Part shown: positions 61,943 to 64,000 of the stretch, piece after piece
Layout of the letters: each line of letters starts with the position of its first letter
How positions within the stretch are numbered: position 1 is the first letter of the stretch
NCBI RefSeq assembly: GCF_011386835.1
Contig: NC_088796.1
Location: 55,862,001-55,926,000 of the forward strand
DNA length: 64,000 bases
DNA from: Chrysemys picta bellii
Taxonomy: Eukaryota
Reading direction: 5' to 3'
The notes under the pieces: model-generated
Databases searched by the model: none
Told to the model about the DNA's origin: nothing
Seen by the model: the letters and a program-made list of their open reading frames with translations, nothing else
Made by a program: the position numbers and the translations under genes

Positions 61943-64000
61943 GACCACAAAGGCAACTCAGTTACAATTCCACTAATGTCACAGATGGTAGTTTTCTGGA
62001 AGATGGCTGTTTTCTACATCTTTGTTTAAGATGGCTGCCACCAGCACAAGTTTTAGGAAAATGCCAATTGTAAAATCAAGCCCCTATTTGCCATTACACT
62101 TCACAGTTTACATGCTGTGTTCTTACTGTGTAATGCTCAGATTGCTGCATTGAGCAAAGTGAAGGCAGATTTCTTTAAAATGCTTTGAGGCTTTACAACA
62201 GTCTTGCAAGGGAGACTGGGTGGCTCAGGGCATGGCAAAAAAAATAGAGAGTGAATGGCTTTACTGGGATCGAAAAGCCATTTGGATTTGGGGTTCTGGC
62301 ATACCCGGCCAACATCAGCTCAGGCACCTAAGTGTCTGGTGTACTTGGGTTGATAATATTTGCATGATTCCCATCTTTTGACCCCTTAAGCGGTCCACGA
62401 GTGCTTGCTGAGAGAAGTAGTGGCATAAGGGGTACCAGGAAGGGAAGTATAAAGTAAGAGTAGAAGATGGAGGTAGGAAATGGCAGATATAGATGACTGA
62501 CTAGCCCTTTACTAGCCCAACTAGTTCCCTCATTTTATACCTTGACACCTCCTATTCCAATTTTTCCCCACTGTCCCAAGCATTCAATTGTTTCTCAGTC
62601 CTGTGGTCCCTCCCTTGCCTGAGGGGGCAGGCCTTTTAGTTCCTGGTGGGCTTTGCACACCTTTTCTGGATTCAATTAGGTTAGTACCTTCACCAATGTT
62701 AAATTCTCTCTCCCTCTCACTCTCTCATATGCACACACAAACACATCAATTTCATTTACCAAGAGCACTAGTCTAGCATAAACTCACCCTTATGAATCAC
62801 CTGTTCTTTACTGAGGTGGTTTATGTCATACACAGAGCCCATGGATGGAATGATTTCCTTGTTACACTGCAGTCCATCTATTACTTGGTATATTGAACCA
62901 GTCAATTGGCTTGTTTATGACATGCTTAATGTTTTGTGAATCTAGCCTTTTGATTCACTTCAAGTACTTTTTAATTACAGTATATTCCTTGAAAACAGAC
63001 GCTTTTAATATTCAGCCTGAGTGTTTTATAAGCTATATAAATATTTTGTTTGTGGTATTTTTCTGGTGCTCACAGCCAAAATATGCAAGTCAGCTTTTCA
63101 GAACACCATTTTATTATGCTGGAACCTGAGGTGTTTCAGCTTCTGAAAAGTTATTTTTTCTCTGCATTATACTACAGTGGCTATGTCTTCAGTTCTCTCT
63201 CCACCCAATAAATCAGGGTAAGATTTTTTTTTATTTGTTGCTCTGTATATGACATCTGATAACATTTTGGTTTTTAACTAAAATATGGGATGTACTCTTG
63301 CCTTGCTGCAGCCTTTTTTCTACTGTTTGGTGGACACCAAGGGGGGTATTTTCAAAGTAGTGTTAAAGGGTGGGTGCGTTACCATGTTGTTCCTCTCCCT
63401 CCCCACCACCCCCTGGTCTACATGTGGAGAGTGGTCTTTCATGCATTAATCTCCTCCTTTCTAATCTGGCCCAAGAATTAAAGGGGAAGTGTGATTTTGT
63501 GTGTGTGTGGGGGGGGGGGGAGGAGAGATGCTTATGAAAGCTCAAGTAATAAAATGTCAATAGCAGCCATCTGGAATGTTTTCATCTGTGACATAGCAGA
63601 TATTTTATATTGGAAATGTTTGCTGTAATTGTACTGAGAGATTGAGCTGTGGAAAGCCTGGAAGTCCTTGTTGGCACCAAGTATCTACACTCATCTATGA
63701 CATTTTGAAGCAATACGTCCACCGCAGTATGCAGAGAGCTGCCAGCCCTAGCAAACCAACAGTGACACCATTGAGCAACATTTTCCTCTCTCCCTTTTCT
63801 GTTTAGTGAGCTATTAAATGACCAGTGCCAAAAAGCTGTGGAAGTGCCAACAAGATGAACTAAATAATTTGGAACATAGAAATGCAATCAAAACAATCTA
63901 TCCTCCACCCAGAATATCTAGTTGTGAAGGAGAAGCTGTCCTCTTGCTTAAGCATTGGATCTTATATGGATGAAATTTTTTTTTCTGCCAGCAAAATAAA

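Larger units (their letters stand above)
60781..61949 (+). mobile_element. Older Gypsy-like solo LTR whose extreme 3' end hosts a second LTR
   Basis: TGTGA start; gagttaaaaggaag TATA-like; ggtgagttgtgccctgtg just before the insertion and aca after it. Outer TSD not confirmed. Confidence 0.6.

Noticed and set aside
1-64000. CRISPR arrays, bona fide tRNA/rRNA genes, prokaryotic-type systems
   Set aside because: None seen; tRNA-like segments are SINE heads, and the window is eukaryotic repeat-rich DNA.

Overview
AT-rich, CpG-depleted vertebrate genomic DNA, almost certainly from a turtle. It carries a tortoise PolIII/Cry-type SINE, turtle-type CR1 3' ends, turtle Penelope-type termini and GC-cored hAT MITEs. 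The window reads as a long intron or intergenic region full of transposable elements. I could not confidently identify any host protein-coding exon; ORFs in the track that I can explain are transposon-derived, and the rest look like chance frames. Best-supported content: (1) a full-length 3.3-kb hAT transposon (4199-7518, perfect 8-bp TSD) with a decayed ZMYM1-like/DUF4371 transposase; (2) four Penelope-like fragments, three with recognisable minimal hammerhead-ribozyme motifs; (3) hAT and PIF/Harbinger MITEs with intact TSDs; (4) solo and nested LTRs; (5) CR1, L2, MIR-type and AmnSINE1 relics. Most interesting signals: a textbook AG|GTAAGT recursive-splice-like site at 8333/8334; a candidate signal-peptide first exon at 2438-2489 on the same strand; a hammerhead plus AATAAA inserted in sense inside the transposase gene; a 46-bp MITE hairpin whose non-Watson-Crick pairs are all G-U on the + strand; and LTR-borne CTCF, NF-kB and CRE consensus sites. 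Repeat family names come from recalled consensus similarity, not a database search. Coordinates of old repeats are approximate.
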